NCBI RefSeq assembly: GCF_037042905.1
Contig: NC_087253.1
Span: 24,366,001-24,430,000, forward strand
Direction of reading: 5' to 3'
Source: Lytechinus pictus
Taxonomy: Eukaryota
Length of the DNA: 64,000 nt
This document shows positions 50,401 to 63,542 of the stretch, one piece after another (positions within the stretch are counted from its first letter, which is position 1; each line of letters begins with the position of its first letter). The position numbers and the translations under genes were made by a program. The notes under the pieces were generated by a model. The model saw nothing but the letters and a program-made list of their open reading frames with translations, was not told where the DNA came from and ran no database searches.

Positions 50401-52116
50401 ATTCGTATTCGTATTCCCATTCTCATTCTCATTCCTATTATCATCCCTGTTCCCATTGCCATTTCCATTCCCCATCCCCATTCCTATTCCTATTCTCATT
50501 TCCATTCTAATTCATATTTATATCATCCCTTTTCGCATTCTATTTCCATTCCTATTCCCATTCTCATTCATATTCACATTACCATCCCTATTTCCATTCC
50601 CATTTTTATTCCCATTTCCATTCTCATTCCTACTATGATCCCTGTTCCAATTCCTATTCCCATTCCCATCCTATTCACATTACCATTCTCATTCCCATTC
50701 ATATTCGCATTCCAATTTCTATTCCCATTTCCATTCTCATTTCCATTCTCCTTCCTATTATCATCCCTCTTCCCCTTCTCATTCCTATTCCTGTCCCTAT
50801 TCCTATCTCATTCCTTTTCACAGTCCCATTTCCGTTCCCATTCCCTTCCCTATTCCCAAACCCACCCAAGCGCATTTTCATATGCCATCCCCGTCCCCGT
50901 GATAAAATTCATTTCATTTTCATTCTCATCAAATTTGGATAGGCCTATAATTCGATAATTTGGTTGTCATCTGAATGGTGTATTACTCATTCCCCCTTCT
51001 AATTACAAAGTGCTTCTTATCATTCCGTTTTTATTCAAATGTTGTATCAATTTATTTATTTTTGCTTCATCAAATTTAAATGCAGAGTTCTTGGGAGGAA
51101 TCGTAGACTACAAAAACAAGGACACAATCTGCGTCAAGACCCATAAGTTTGACAGGGACAAGTTTGCGGGTGCCATCATGCTTATTCGGAATCCTTACCG
51201 ATCGATCGTTTCCGAAGTTTTCCGAAGACAAATGTTCGTCTCAGGAGCCACGCGTGAGCAAGTTGTCAAATATTTCACATCAAAAGGTTTGATTTGTTCC
51301 ATAGTTTATTATGGTTTCATTAGGAAAGCTCAATCTAAGAACTGTGATTCGCAGAGTACCCATACGTTTTCGAAAGTTTTTTGTTAGTTATTTGTGTGTG
51401 GAGGATGTCTTGTTGATATATACTGTACAGAATTAATATTTGTAAATTTTGTTGTATTTATCTTGACTTTATGTATATCATCTGAATGAAATCCTTAATG
51501 AAAACATGTTGGAAAAAAGTGTCTTCAGTAGACCTGTCACTGTACAAGTAGACTAAGCCGTACTAATGAAGATATAAACAAAATGTTTGTAACGCTGTAA
51601 CACCGTACGGTAAAGAAAAGTTGTCAAACGTCAGACCGTTGTTGCAGAGACCCAGCTATCTCATTGCAAACATAACGTCTTCAATTTAGTTTTCATTTCC
51701 TTTTAAATTGTGCTTTCTCTACAGAGTGGAAAAGATATGTTGATGAAGAAATCAAGAACTGGAAATTAATGAATCTGCACTGGATACAGAGTCGGAAACC
51801 ATTTCTTCCGATCTTTTACGAAGATCTCGAAGCCGAGACCGTCCGAAAGTTGACGGAGATGGTCGAGTTTCTCAATCGACCGGTGGAACTCGAACGGATC
51901 GTCTGCGCAACTCAAGATCGCCCATCCTCCTTGGCAACAAGCCCCTCCCTTGGTAAAGACGGCAGGAAGATGCGCGTTTATCTCACCGAGGACCCTTTCA
52001 CATCTGAAATGCATCAGAAAATTGATCAAAGTATACAACTCGTCAACAGAACTCTTTTTAAATTCCACAGGAAAGTTTTACCCACGGAATACCTGAAGAA
52101 AACCGATATATTCTAA
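47438..52116 (+). CDS. WSCD: WSC domain-containing sulfotransferase (WSCD1/2-like) paralog B, 445 aa
   Basis: Exons 47438-47651, 48344-48519, 49062-49239, 49678-49854, 51086-51286, 51725-52116 (1338 nt). Exons 2-6 have the same lengths and phases as paralog [28 protein letters not shown]; CVKTH; LIRNPYRSIVSE. Confidence 0.93.
49930..50860. repeat. Degenerate (ATTCCC)n hexamer repeat in WSCD-B intron 4
   Basis: Runs of attccc/attcct/attctc. Confidence 0.92.
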
Positions 52117-53287
52117 AAGCTATCAGGGTTATGTTGTTTTCAAATTAAGTCTGCATGATTTGACCTTCGAGTCAGAGGAATCTTTCAGACCTTGGGGTGT
52201 TTCTGAAAGAACGATGCCAGGTTTTGTTTAAATTCTGGTTTAAAGTTGTGATTTAACTATGGATAGCCAATAGTGGCATAAATATCTTACAGTGGAATTT
52301 CAATGTATCAGCTTATTTCTCTCTCAAATCATTCTTTTTTCGTAAGGATAAAAAAGATAGCTTTTTCCATCAATCACGAATTAGGAAAGAGCACAGTAAA
52401 CATAAGAAACATACAATGCATACAAATTTTGACATTTTCTGCTTTCCATAATCATTTTAGCACAGAGTTGGACCATGGCCACGGTATCTAACCCGTGCGC
52501 CCTCTGAGCATGATAATAGAAACGGACAAGCAGAAATTGTCTGGATGGAAGACAATAACATTCCCGCTCACTCACGTATAACGAATTCAAAATTTTATGA
52601 AATATTCATAATAAGATCAACATTTTGATGGTATATCTTGACCCGGGAGCTTAATGAGAGTCCTCATTTTGATAGAATCAGCGCCACCTAGCGGCCTCAT
52701 TCTGCCATTGTTAAATGGATGCTCCAGTCTGAAGATATTTATATCTCAATAAACATAGTAAAAATCACAGAGCAAAATGTTGAAAATTTTATCAAAATCG
52801 GATAACAAATAACGAGGTTAATTTTAAAGAATTGCATCATTCCAGTGAAACAGTTCTAGGCATGTCTTCATGAATATTCATTAGCTAGGCTGATTATGTC
52901 ATATCACCAGTTGTTCTTTTTTATTATTTAAAATTAGGTTTATCATAAAATTTCTACCAAGAACTAAAATAATTGGATTGACAACTGATTAAGTGCGTTA
53001 GTTATTTATTGCTGCAACTTATTTCATCATAATGGAGACACATCATTTACACATTTCTGAAAAAATGAAGCAATTATGATGTCATGTAATAACATAAGAA
53101 AAAGGAAAGTGGGGATGTGACATCATCAGCCCACCTAATGAATATTCATGAAGACATGCCTAAAACTGTTTCACCGGAATAATGCAAATGTTTAAAATTC
53201 GATAACTTCGTTATTTGTTATCCGATTTTGATCAACTTTTCAGCATTTTACTTTTCTTTTTTTTTTGAGGGGGGAGGGCGCTTTGTC

Positions 53288-53834
53288 TAGTCACACTAAC
53301 AAACCTGACTCCAGACTGATCTAAGCTATTACGTTATTTGGTCGGCTTGGAGTCGGTTTCGGTTACAGTCACACCAACGAAACCGACTCCAGACCGATCA
53401 AAGCTATTACGTTATTACCAATGACATACCATTGGTCGGTTTGGAGTCGGTTTCGGTTACAGTCACACCAACGAAACCGACTCCAGACCGATCAAATACC
53501 TTATTTCAAATGGCATAACATCGGATTGGAGTCGGTTTCGGTTACAGTAACACCAATGAAACCGACTCCAGACCGATCATATCTATTACGCTATTACTAG
53601 TGACATACCATCGGTCGGTTTGGAGTCGGTTTCGGTTACAGTCACACCAACGAAACCGACTCCAGACCGATCATATATATTACGTTATTACCAATGACAT
53701 ACCATCGGTCGGTTTTGAGTCGGTTTCGGTTACAGTCACACCAACGAAACCGACTCCAGACCGATCCAATACTTAGTACCTTATTTCAAATGGCATGTCA
53801 TCGGTCGGTTTGGAGTCCGGTTTCAATGGTGTAA
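53288..53834. repeat. Six-unit tandem array of a palindromic ~80-100 bp monomer (MITE-derived satellite)
   Basis: Units start at about 53291, 53369, 53463, 53548, 53642 and 53736. Each has aaaccgactccagaccga / tcggtttggagtcggttt arms around a variable loop. Confidence 0.9.
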
Positions 53835-54629
53835 AGAATACGGGTCTTCCTGGAGCGATTGATGGGCCCTCCACCCCCCCCCCCCCGGAAATCAGAGATT
53901 CAAATTTTCAACCCAGTTATCCATTAGTCTGCTATGGAGACTCTGACTGGCTCGTGAGGTGGGATCCAGCGCGCTGCTGGTTTGCGAAGCAAAAAAAGGG
54001 CGAGCGAAGCGAACCATCCACATCTGCAGCCACAGTAGACCTAGTCTGCATAACTCATTTAATCAGCTATGGTACACACACTGGGTCTACATATTTATAG
54101 ACTAGTTATCCATTATGAATGGCTGAGACTAGTTCCATTTGAGAGCAACATTACCAGTATACGATTTTGAAGGGGTCATTAGTCACGTTAGTAACTACTG
54201 TTGCATCAACAAAGTTTGGCGAAAGTCACCTGCCCCCAAAACTCTTCATTCTGTGAAAGATGTCCCATAAATAATCAGTGAATAAAGATTTTGTTTTTAG
54301 TTCTTAAGTGAAGAACCTGTAGACAATGCCTGATCACAGGGGACCAAGGGGGCCTGTGCTGGAGCCCCTAATTAATTTTAACTTTTTTGGGGGGAGGTGG
54401 CAATTGCTGCCATGACGGTGTCCTTTTACTATTTAGATCGAAAGAAAAATTGTGTTTGCCACTGCCCCATGTAATTTTTTTTTCTCATGAAAAATGCAAA
54501 GATATATAAAATGAAGAGATATATAAAATGTTTAAACCATGAAATACATGAATAAAATGAATATCTGAATCAATGTAGTCCGCCAATCAGTGTAAACAAT
54601 GAATTGGAAAGACAAGTCTCGGAAATTAA

Positions 54630-55232
54630 AGGTCAAGTCCACCCCAGAAAAATGTTGATTTGAATGAATAAAGAAAAATCAAACAAGCATTATGCTGAAA
54701 ATTTCATCAAAATCGGATGTAAAATAAGAAAGTTATGACATTTTAAAGTTTCGCTTATTTTTCACAAAACAGTGATATGCACAACTCAGTGACATGCAAA
54801 TGAGACAGTCGATGATCTCACTCACTCACTATTTCTTTTGTTTTTTATTGTTTGAATTATACAATATTTCATTTTTTTACAGGTTTGACATAAGGACCAA
54901 CTTGATTAAACCATATAGTATTAAACAATGCTAATTGCAAATGTTCAGGGAAGAATTAATCATTGTTTCACACGACAACAGGGAGAAAATTGGAATATTT
55001 CATATTTCACATAATAAAATACAAAAGAAATAGTGAGTGAGTGATGTCATCAGTCTCCTCATTTGCATACCGACAAGGATGTTAATAGAACTGTTTTGTG
55101 AAATTAAGCGAAACTTTAAAATGTCATAACTTCCTTAATTTACATCCGATTTGGATGAAATTTTCAGTGTTATGCTTGTTGGATTTTTCTCTTTTTATTC
55201 AAATCAACTTTTTGTTGGGGTGAACTTGTCCT
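54630..55232. mobile_element. Kolobok/T2-type MITE
   Basis: TTAA|AGGTCAAGTCCACCCCA ... TGGGGTGAACTTGTCCT|TTAA. Confidence 0.85.
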
Positions 55233-55794
55233 TTAAGGGCGAGAGAGCAAACAGAGGGACTGGTATTGTTTTATCAAAAGAGGTCCACGTAAATGGTACA
55301 GTAAAAAAAAGGTCCCAAGTAAAATATGTCAGATCTATTTGAAATGGAATAATAACGGGAGAAAGAGAACACAAAGGAAAAAAAACTGCAAGTCCATCCC
55401 TAAAAAGTTTATTTGAATAAGCAGAATATAATTTTTTTATCTTAACGCGGATGTAAAGTAAGATTTTATATTACTTTTGAAGAGGGAGACTTGATTAAAT
55501 CTTTATAAACGGAAAAAAATCCTAGATTATTATTGGAATAAATGAAATCGGCATATTTTCTTTGAGATTGCAAGATTTTTGTAATCTGGACAAGAAACAG
55601 TATGACGTTAATTTTGTCATGGAAATTCTATCAAGTGCCCCCTACCAGACACTGAATAACAGATAGGGAGGGGCTTGGGGGCTCTGGTCCCCTCAAGATT
55701 AACGTGAACAAGATTTAAAAAAAAAGATACACATTTTCAATGTTGAAGTTTTTTTCCTCATTTATAAACTAAATAGTGTTGGGTTCGAGTCAAG

Positions 55795-56363
55795 CCCGGG
55801 GGGGGGGGGGGCACTTCCATTGACGAGTGGATACCATGCGCGACCATGGGGTCTCGAAAAGCACCCTAAACAAGTATATTCCATATTCTGAAAATGCACC
55901 CCTTAACATGTTTTGACGTGTGAAACCCTACCCTTAATAAGTATTGGAAACAAAACGATACCCTTGGCAAGTATTCCCTGAATTGAACCCCTAAACAAGT
56001 ACAGCGATATTGTCACGGACGTCGGTTTTTACCTTTACCTACATGTACATCATTGGGTTTAGTACGGCCCCACCTCCCACACCTCGCGCAAATCGGACTC
56101 TTTAATACGTAGTGTTGAATGTTGGGGCAAAAAATAGGCCTATTTATAAAATATTTTAGTCTTTTTTATACCCTCGCAAATTTGACCCTAAACACGTAGC
56201 TTTCCTAGCGAAATAGTTACCCTTTATTTCATTATTTTAGTGTTTTTGACACCCTTATTACGTTACGTAACGTGCCCTATCTTGAAAAAGACATCCTTTT
56301 TACGTGTTTTTTTGGTCGCGCATGGTATCCACTCGTCAATGTAAGCCCCCCCCCCCCCCCCGG
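55795..56363. mobile_element. TIR MITE with CCCGGGGG...CCCCCGG ends
   Basis: cattgacgagtggataccatgcgcgacca inverts with tggtcgcgcatggtatccactcgtcaatg. Confidence 0.8.
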
Positions 56364-57830
56364 AGTCGAGTCTTGAGTGGGAGAAACCCTGACACAGATG
56401 AGAGAAGAGAAAGAGTGAGATAGAGAGAGAGAGAGAGAGAGAGGGGGGGAGAGAGGGGGTGGAGAAGAGGGAGGGGGACGAAGAGCGCGGGGATTATACT
56501 ATTCTACGCGGGCCGAACGTGGTTCGCTGCACACGGGGGTTTGTTTGTACACCGTATTAATTAAAATATCTCGACGGGGCAGCTCTGGCGTGCCTGAGGG
56601 TTGTTATTCCGTCTGGTCATCCTTCGAGGGGTTTTCCCAGTAATAACCAGATAACGATTGTTTATTACGGTCGATGGCCATTGGCTTTATTTTGGAATCC
56701 AAATTAGACTAGTTTGATTGGTTCGCAAACCCCGATTTGTCAATTTCCAATCCAATATTTTCCTTAGTGACCGGTGGACATAATTGTAATAATAAATCGT
56801 TAGCTTGCTAATTCCTCACGAAGATATGCTGATAAATATTTAACCGAAATAACGCAAAAAGTAAAATGTCAAATTTCACAGTTTTTTTCTGATATACCTT
56901 ATTTTCAACCTCGTTTCATTTTTGCCAAAAACTGTAATTTTTTACTTGTACCAATGGTCATCCTTAGGTTTTAATCAAGGTTTATGCTTGCAGACTACCA
57001 ANNNNNNNNNNNNNNNNNNNNNNNNNNNNNNNNNNNNNNNNNNNNNNNNNNNNNNNNNNNNNNNNNNNNNNNNNNNNNNNNNNNNNNNNNNNNNNNNNNN
57101 NNNNNNNNNNNNNNNNNNNNNNNNNNNNNNNNNNNNNNNNNNNNNNNNNNNNNNNNNNNNNNNNNNNNNNNNNNNNNNNNNNNNNNNNNNNNNNNNNNNN
57201 NNNNNNNNNNNNNNNNNNNNNNNNNNNNNNNNNNNNNNNNNNNNNNNNNNNNNNNNNNTTGTAATATTGGCGAAATGCTGATGGTGATTACGAATTTACT
57301 AATTCATCGATCGTCAACAATCTGAGGATGATTATCATTATTTAAAAAAGATTAGAATCTCCTTGTCATTATCAAAACCATGGATCAAAAGAGGAGGTCA
57401 AGACTGGGGGTCAAGTAAACGATATATGTTCAACCATGGAGGAAAAAAAGGGGGGAAAATAAAGTAACGGTAATTAATCAACAGCGTCTGATTGTTTAGA
57501 CAATATCAAGAGAGAACTCTCCTCACTAATATCATACCTATTACGTAATTGGATCACCGCGCATCCCAAACCCCATTTCGAAAACACCCGTTCACCGCGA
57601 CTTTTTTTCTCTTACACTTTTCTTGTAAAAGCAATATAGGCCTATTCTTTTCAGTAACATGCATTACTCATGTGTGATGGAGTCGTGCTGTTAATTATTA
57701 TTCTAGAAGAGAGGTGATAGGGTAAAAATTCAAGACTGAATGCTTTATTCCAGTTCTCGACGAGTTTCATGTTTGAAGAGATGACAGTGTTTTTACAAGT
57801 TAAAGTTTTTTAAGTGCTGGAACCAGAACG

Positions 57831-60800
57831 ATGATGGAAGCAGGTAGCTACGGAGAAGTTTGGGGGCACGTCGAAGGAGAGGAAGGTGTATACCAACCAC
57901 GTGTTACGTGAGTACAGGGGGAACGTATTCAAGTGGTGGCTGAAGTTCAGGTGGTTGTTGTGATGATGGCCCGGGGTAATGTTGATGTCGATGATGATCA
58001 TCATCATGATTATGACCATCAGCATCATGATCGGGTAATATTGGTGATAGTGAGGGTGACGATTATGAGGATGATGCATGGTGGTGGTGGTGATGATAAT
58101 AAAGATCAATGTAAGTATTGATAGCAATGAGGATAATGATGATAATGGTGGAGTTGGTGGTGTGGTGCTATTGGTGGTGGTGATGATGATGGTGGTGGTG
58201 GTATATAGTGGTGATGATGATGTTGATGATGATGATGATAATGATGATGATTATTGATGATGATGATGGTGGTGGTCGTGGTGCTGCTGCTGCTGCATTG
58301 GTGATGGTGATGATGATGGTGGTGGTGGTGGTAGTGGTGGTGATGATGGTGATGTTGATGATGATGGTGGTGNNNNNNNNNNNNNNNNNNNNNNNNNNNN
58401 NNNNNNNNNNNNNNNNNNNNNNNNNNNNNNNNNNNNNNNNNNNNNNNNNNNNNNNNNNNNNNNNNNNNNNNNNNNNNNNNNNNNNNNNNNNNNNNNNNNN
58501 NNNNNNNNNNNNNNNNNNNNNNNNNNNNNNNNNNNNNNNNNNNNNNNNNNNNNNNNNNNNNNNNNNNNNNNNNNNNNNNNNNNNNNNNNNNNNNNNNNNN
58601 NNNNNNNNNNNNNNNNNNNNNNNNNNNNNNNNNNNNNNNNNNNNNNNNNNNNNGTGGTGGTGATTATGGTGATTTTGATGATGAAGATCAATTAAACTGT
58701 TGATAGTGATGATCATGATGACCAAGAGTAGGATAGTGATGACTGTGATAATGATGATGCTGATATTGGATTTGTGATGATTGATGGTGATGATGATGAT
58801 ATACTGTTGTTGATTAAAGGTGAATCCAGCCTTGGCCATTAAATGTTGCGTTGGGAAGGAGAAAAATAAATTAAACAGAATGGTGAAAGTTTGAAAGAAA
58901 TCGGACTAGCAATAAGAAAGTTATAGCTGCTTTAAAATTGAGATCACTAATACTATGTAGATTTCAAATTGGCAACTGGGTAAGTAAATTATGACAAGGG
59001 GCAAGGACAACTTTCCCATAGGCCATGTACTTTATTATCAGGGATTTGTCGTTTTCTCCTAAGTACCCATTCCCCTGGGGCAGTAATCTACATATAACCC
59101 AGGAAGTATATTGTTTTTTGTCCTCATGAAAGAAAAATATAATTTAAAATAAGACTTTTGGGAAAAATGACATTTTAGCCATAATATGTATTGGAGTACA
59201 TGGAAGAGTAGTCCTTGCCTTACATCAATATGACATCCCATATGCGGCCAATTTGAAGTCTCCGTTGGTATAGTGATTACCAATATTTACAACTTTTAAA
59301 AATTCATAACTTTCTTGTTGTTTGTCCAATATTGTTCAAACTTTCACCAAAAACTTGTCTGATTTTTCTTTTCCTTATAAAAACAAGTTTTCATTTGGGT
59401 TGGATTCCCCTTTAATGGTAATGATACTCTTAATGGTGAAGATGATGGTGGTGATAATGTTGACAATGATAGTGGTGGTGATTGTATTTTACTGTTGATG
59501 AATGATGATGAATTGGTGATGGTCTTGAATGATCATGATGTTGCTGCTGTTAAACACGATATTAACTAATGACCATGGCAGTGGTGGCGCGTCATGTTCG
59601 CGCCGATTGTGTGACGATGACGACGACGACGATGATGATGATGATGATAATGATGGTACTTATTGCTTACGGTGGTGATGGTGAATTATGATGATGATAT
59701 AGGATGGCCACATGGTAATGCTGATTGTCGATAGCTAATGAATCGATTTGATTGTTGATTATGATCATGGTGAAGATGATCAAAATGATGATTAATAATT
59801 ATTTGCGGCAAACCTACGAGCCTATCCGTCGACCAGTTCTTATAAGCAATATATGATCATTACTGTTTGCCCTCTTTGAACTTTGAAGGAGGCTCCTTCA
59901 CAAAACTAATAATGATGCTTTTTTGTATAATTATCTCTCTTACAGTCTGTACTCATCGTCATCAAGTAGTTCCTCGCCCAGTCAGGGGTCCCTTTTCGAA
60001 CCTTGTGATGGTATTACAATACTTCCGAACATTGATAATGACGAGATGAAACTTTTCGCTGGTCCCTGGGAGCCTGACACACTCGCTTTGGTACCAGTCA
60101 CCACAGGGTACAGCGAACAGAGGTACATACCAATCTCCGCGGAGGTACCCTCGGATAGTCACGTGAGTTCATATAAATGCAATACAGGAAGTTATGGAGT
60201 ACCTGTAGGGAGCAAAGCTGCACCGCCAGTGAGTTCTGGTGAACTGCTTGTAAATGAAGGTGTATCGGAGGTGCCATCACATGTATCTTTGACGACGCAG
60301 CATGCTGCTTACACGTATGAAACCAAAGACAGCTTCCGGTTTACAGGTGATGATAGATGGATCAATGGTATACCTCAATATAGTCGTGCTGCGTTTAGTG
60401 GTACTGTCGGAACACGTGGAACCATGATACACAGTCGTGGTGGCCACTGTCGTGAACCTGGTAAAAGGCCACAAGGTCATACTAAACATTGCTTTAACGG
60501 TAAGAATGCTGAGGCCTATCGTTCGACAGCTGGTGGCACACCTAATACCAATGCTTCTCGCATGGCCGTGACTTACAAATATCTTCCGCGTGGAGCCAAG
60601 CGGTGCCTGGAAGGTGCCTTTGACAATTGCACCAACACTGCAATGTACTCTCATCCTTCTGATTTCAACCTCTTTGATTTCTACTGTAATGGTAATTATC
60701 CCCAACAGAGGCAAGGAGGAATCCGCCTGTACCACCCATGGAATAGTACCACTCATGGAACGCACCAGGATATGGTTTCTTTGGATACCTCTCGATTCGA

Positions 60801-61168
60801 TGTACCATCTGAACCTTGTAGAAGACCATTGTTGCCTTTAGAGAAAGGTTTCAGAGAGATAGTCCATCCGCATGTGCACCCTACACTAGCCAACGGGTGC
60901 ATGTTGGCACCTGAGGTACACAGTGTCCACCAAAGGTGTCTACCAAAACAGTTTCAAAGGCACCCTTTGAACCAAGGATCAAGGACAGCATACTGGTTGA
61001 ACAACTACCGTTTCCCTAATAAAGACGTGCGAAACCTCACAAGTGATCAAGAAGAGTCCAACGAGTCATTGAGTTCTGTACAGAGGGACGACTGTTCACC
61101 GCAGAGGGCGGGACATACAATCTGTGACGAGGTCGAGATCCTCGACGGTAATCCTACAGGCAAAAGTG
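57831..61168 (+). CDS. 5' part of an uncharacterised protein-coding gene (continues downstream)
   Basis: Exon 57831-57907 (MMEAGSYGEVWGHVEGEEGVYQPRV, GTGAGT donor, phase 2) joins in frame to a 1223-nt exon 59946-61168 (ctctcttacAG acceptor, GTAAGC donor, phase 1). Coding-like composition; no domain recognised. Confidence 0.65.
57935..58800. repeat. (GAT/GGT)n triplet-rich low-complexity tract with an N gap
   Basis: Visible triplet runs; a similar tract lies at 59420-59790. Confidence 0.9.
58818..59411. mobile_element. Kolobok/T2-type MITE
   Basis: TTAA|AGGTGAATCCA ... TGGATTCCCCT|TTAA; inverted copy of 6704-7301. Confidence 0.85.
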
Positions 61169-62767
61169 GTAAGCATATTAGTTTATAGTAAGAATGATCT
61201 GGATGAAAATGACTAGAGCCTCATGTTACTTAATAAAAAATATCCGAAAAGCATCCTCCTAAAAAAGAAAAACATGGAGATGACTTCCGGTCTTATTATT
61301 CGAAATTGACAATGTGTAATGAATTCCCGTTAAAATGAATTCTAAATTTTACCAAAATGTTTGGTTAAAAAGTACTGAAGAAAGACTTTAAAGTATCGTA
61401 ATTTTGTTATTTCATATCCGATTTTCATGCAATGTTCAGCGTAATGCTTGCTTGTTTTTCCCTAGTCAATCAAATCCAATTTTCTGTTGGGGCGGACTTG
61501 ACCTTTAAACCTCATCTTCTTTCTTAAACGCAATGTGATCGGAGGGGGTTGATGAGACGGACGGCCTAGACGAAGCGGAGGATGAATCGCAGCTTCATCA
61601 ACAGTTGGTCGTCCTCCTCTATTCCTAATGTCAACAGACCAGCCCTTGATCGCCTCCAATTATCCTTCGTTATCTCACGTTATTAAACAATTTCATTTCG
61701 TTTGCGCTTCCATCGCCTTAGGGACAGGGGGCTTGGTTGCGTTGCATGGTTTGCGCCATGGAAATATAATATGGAATATGGAATAGAGTTTGCGTGTAAC
61801 CCCCACCCCCCCCCCCCCCCGGCATTAGTTCCCTCTGATAGACTATAAAATACCCCAAAAATGTCTCTTTTTGCTTTTTCTTATGGTGATACAAACTCTT
61901 TATCCATGATGTATTCTTTATAAATCTGTATTACATGCCCTCCTATAGAAAGAACACATGATCTACTGAACATCACACATCTTTGCCGCATTGCCAATGT
62001 GAGGATCACCATAGCATTAGTGATCGCAATATTCAAATGCTCTTAACTTTCTCATTATTTGTCCGAATTTTCTCAAACTTTGGTTGATCTGTTTCTTTGA
62101 TTTTTCTGTTTTCACAAAAGCAATCTTGATCCAAAGGTTTTATTCTCCTTTAACCATTAACTATTTAACTATCTATCTAATCAACTCTTCAAAACTAATG
62201 CCACATTCACTGACAAAACCTACTCTAGATTGATCAAACCTATTTCCATTATTCCAATGTTATTACCAATGACATACCATTGGTCGGTTTGGAGTTGGTA
62301 TCTTCGGTGTGACTGTAGTATAGCGGCGTTGGTACAGATGTACAGCATCTGGGCACTTCTTTGGGATGACCCACTCTCTGTAGGGGTACAAATAGAACCG
62401 ATTAAGGGGTATCAAAGTGCACCCCTCTGACTATGTCGCTCCTTTGTTGAACTTTATCTGCAGCAGAGCATTTAAATAGATGTTTTGCATACCATCAAGA
62501 TAATCTGACATGTAGACAGAATTTAATTGATTGATAATAAAAAGAGAAATAAATTTATTAGCGGTGCTTCGCTATACTAAATTTGGTGAATGATGTTACT
62601 GCGATTATTAAAGTTATCTACCCACCTGTTGAAAAAATCTTATTTTGCTGCATCGAATTAAAGAAAAAGGGTAAACACACAAGACAAGAGCATTAGGAAA
62701 AAAAATGATAAGAACAGGGTGAAGGGAGATCATAATAATTCCTATTTACCACAGGGTAGCCACTTAA

Positions 62768-63138
62768 AGTGATTGGTTAACATTGGTTTGACTTTGACTT
62801 TAACAAAATCTGAGCTAGAAGGTCACACTTGTCACCTGTGTCTGTGATACGTTACAAAAATGAAGCCCAGAAAAAATAGCGTTCGAAAAAAGTTATTTAG
62901 TGCTTCAAAAATTGAAATATAAAGTGACCGAAAACACGATCTTATTTTCATCCCATACACTTATATGTACTATAGACGCCTATTTACAAAATCGGGGTTT
63001 GCCTTGTAGTTTTAGCTTTTCATTCTCAATAATGGTTGTTTTCAGGGTTTATTAGTTCTAATACATGCACTTGTACACATGTTTTATCTTGGTTTGAGAA
63101 TTTTTTTAATCGGCTGCTCACAAAGTTAAACAATACCT
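62768..63138. mobile_element. TTAA-flanked MITE inserted into a minus-strand tRNA-derived SINE
   Basis: TTAA|AGTGATTGGTTAACATTG ... CAAAGTTAAACAATACCT|TTAA splits the SINE tail. A B-box-like GGTTCGAATC lies on the minus strand near 63272-63281. Confidence 0.65.
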
Positions 63139-63542
63139 TTAAGCTCTTATGAACTGTTCTCTCAGCGGGCCTTGCATATTGAAATGATTTATTCCATTCT
63201 CATTCGTCAAGTTCCTGATAAGAAAGCAGAAAGACCCGGGATTTTTTCAGTCTTTGGTATAACTCAGTAGAGATTCGAACCCATGACATTTCGTTCATTG
63301 GGGCGGGCACTATTCCACTGGCTCCCAGACCCAAGAATGTCCATGTAGTCTTTCCTATTTTTTTTGTTCAATTGGTCTAACTCCGATTCGTCCAATTACC
63401 AAATCGACTTGGTCTTCCTTCCTTGCTTGTATGATTATATGCGAAATATATTTCAGCTTCAGATTTATACCAATTTGAGTATATTACATTCCATTCGTAA
63501 AAGGAGTCTCCCCCTTTATAGTGAATTCTTGGACCATTGGAC

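Noticed and set aside
49485-50958. 341-438 aa ORFs rich in IP/HS/FP
   Set aside because: Hexamer repeat in a WSCD-B intron; only 49678-49854 is a real exon.
53288-53834. CRISPR array
   Set aside because: Eukaryotic context, no cas genes, and the 'spacers' recur in only two types; a dispersed monomer exists near 62205-62318.
57810-58839. His/Ile/Met-rich ORFs
   Set aside because: Triplet microsatellite plus an N gap.
62230-62430. Next exon of the 57831-61168 gene
   Set aside because: Overlaps a degenerate MITE monomer, with no convincing acceptor or recognisable domain.
63250-63325. tRNA gene on the minus strand (also about 31450-31515)
   Set aside because: Only a degenerate B-box and no full cloverleaf; consistent with SINE heads.
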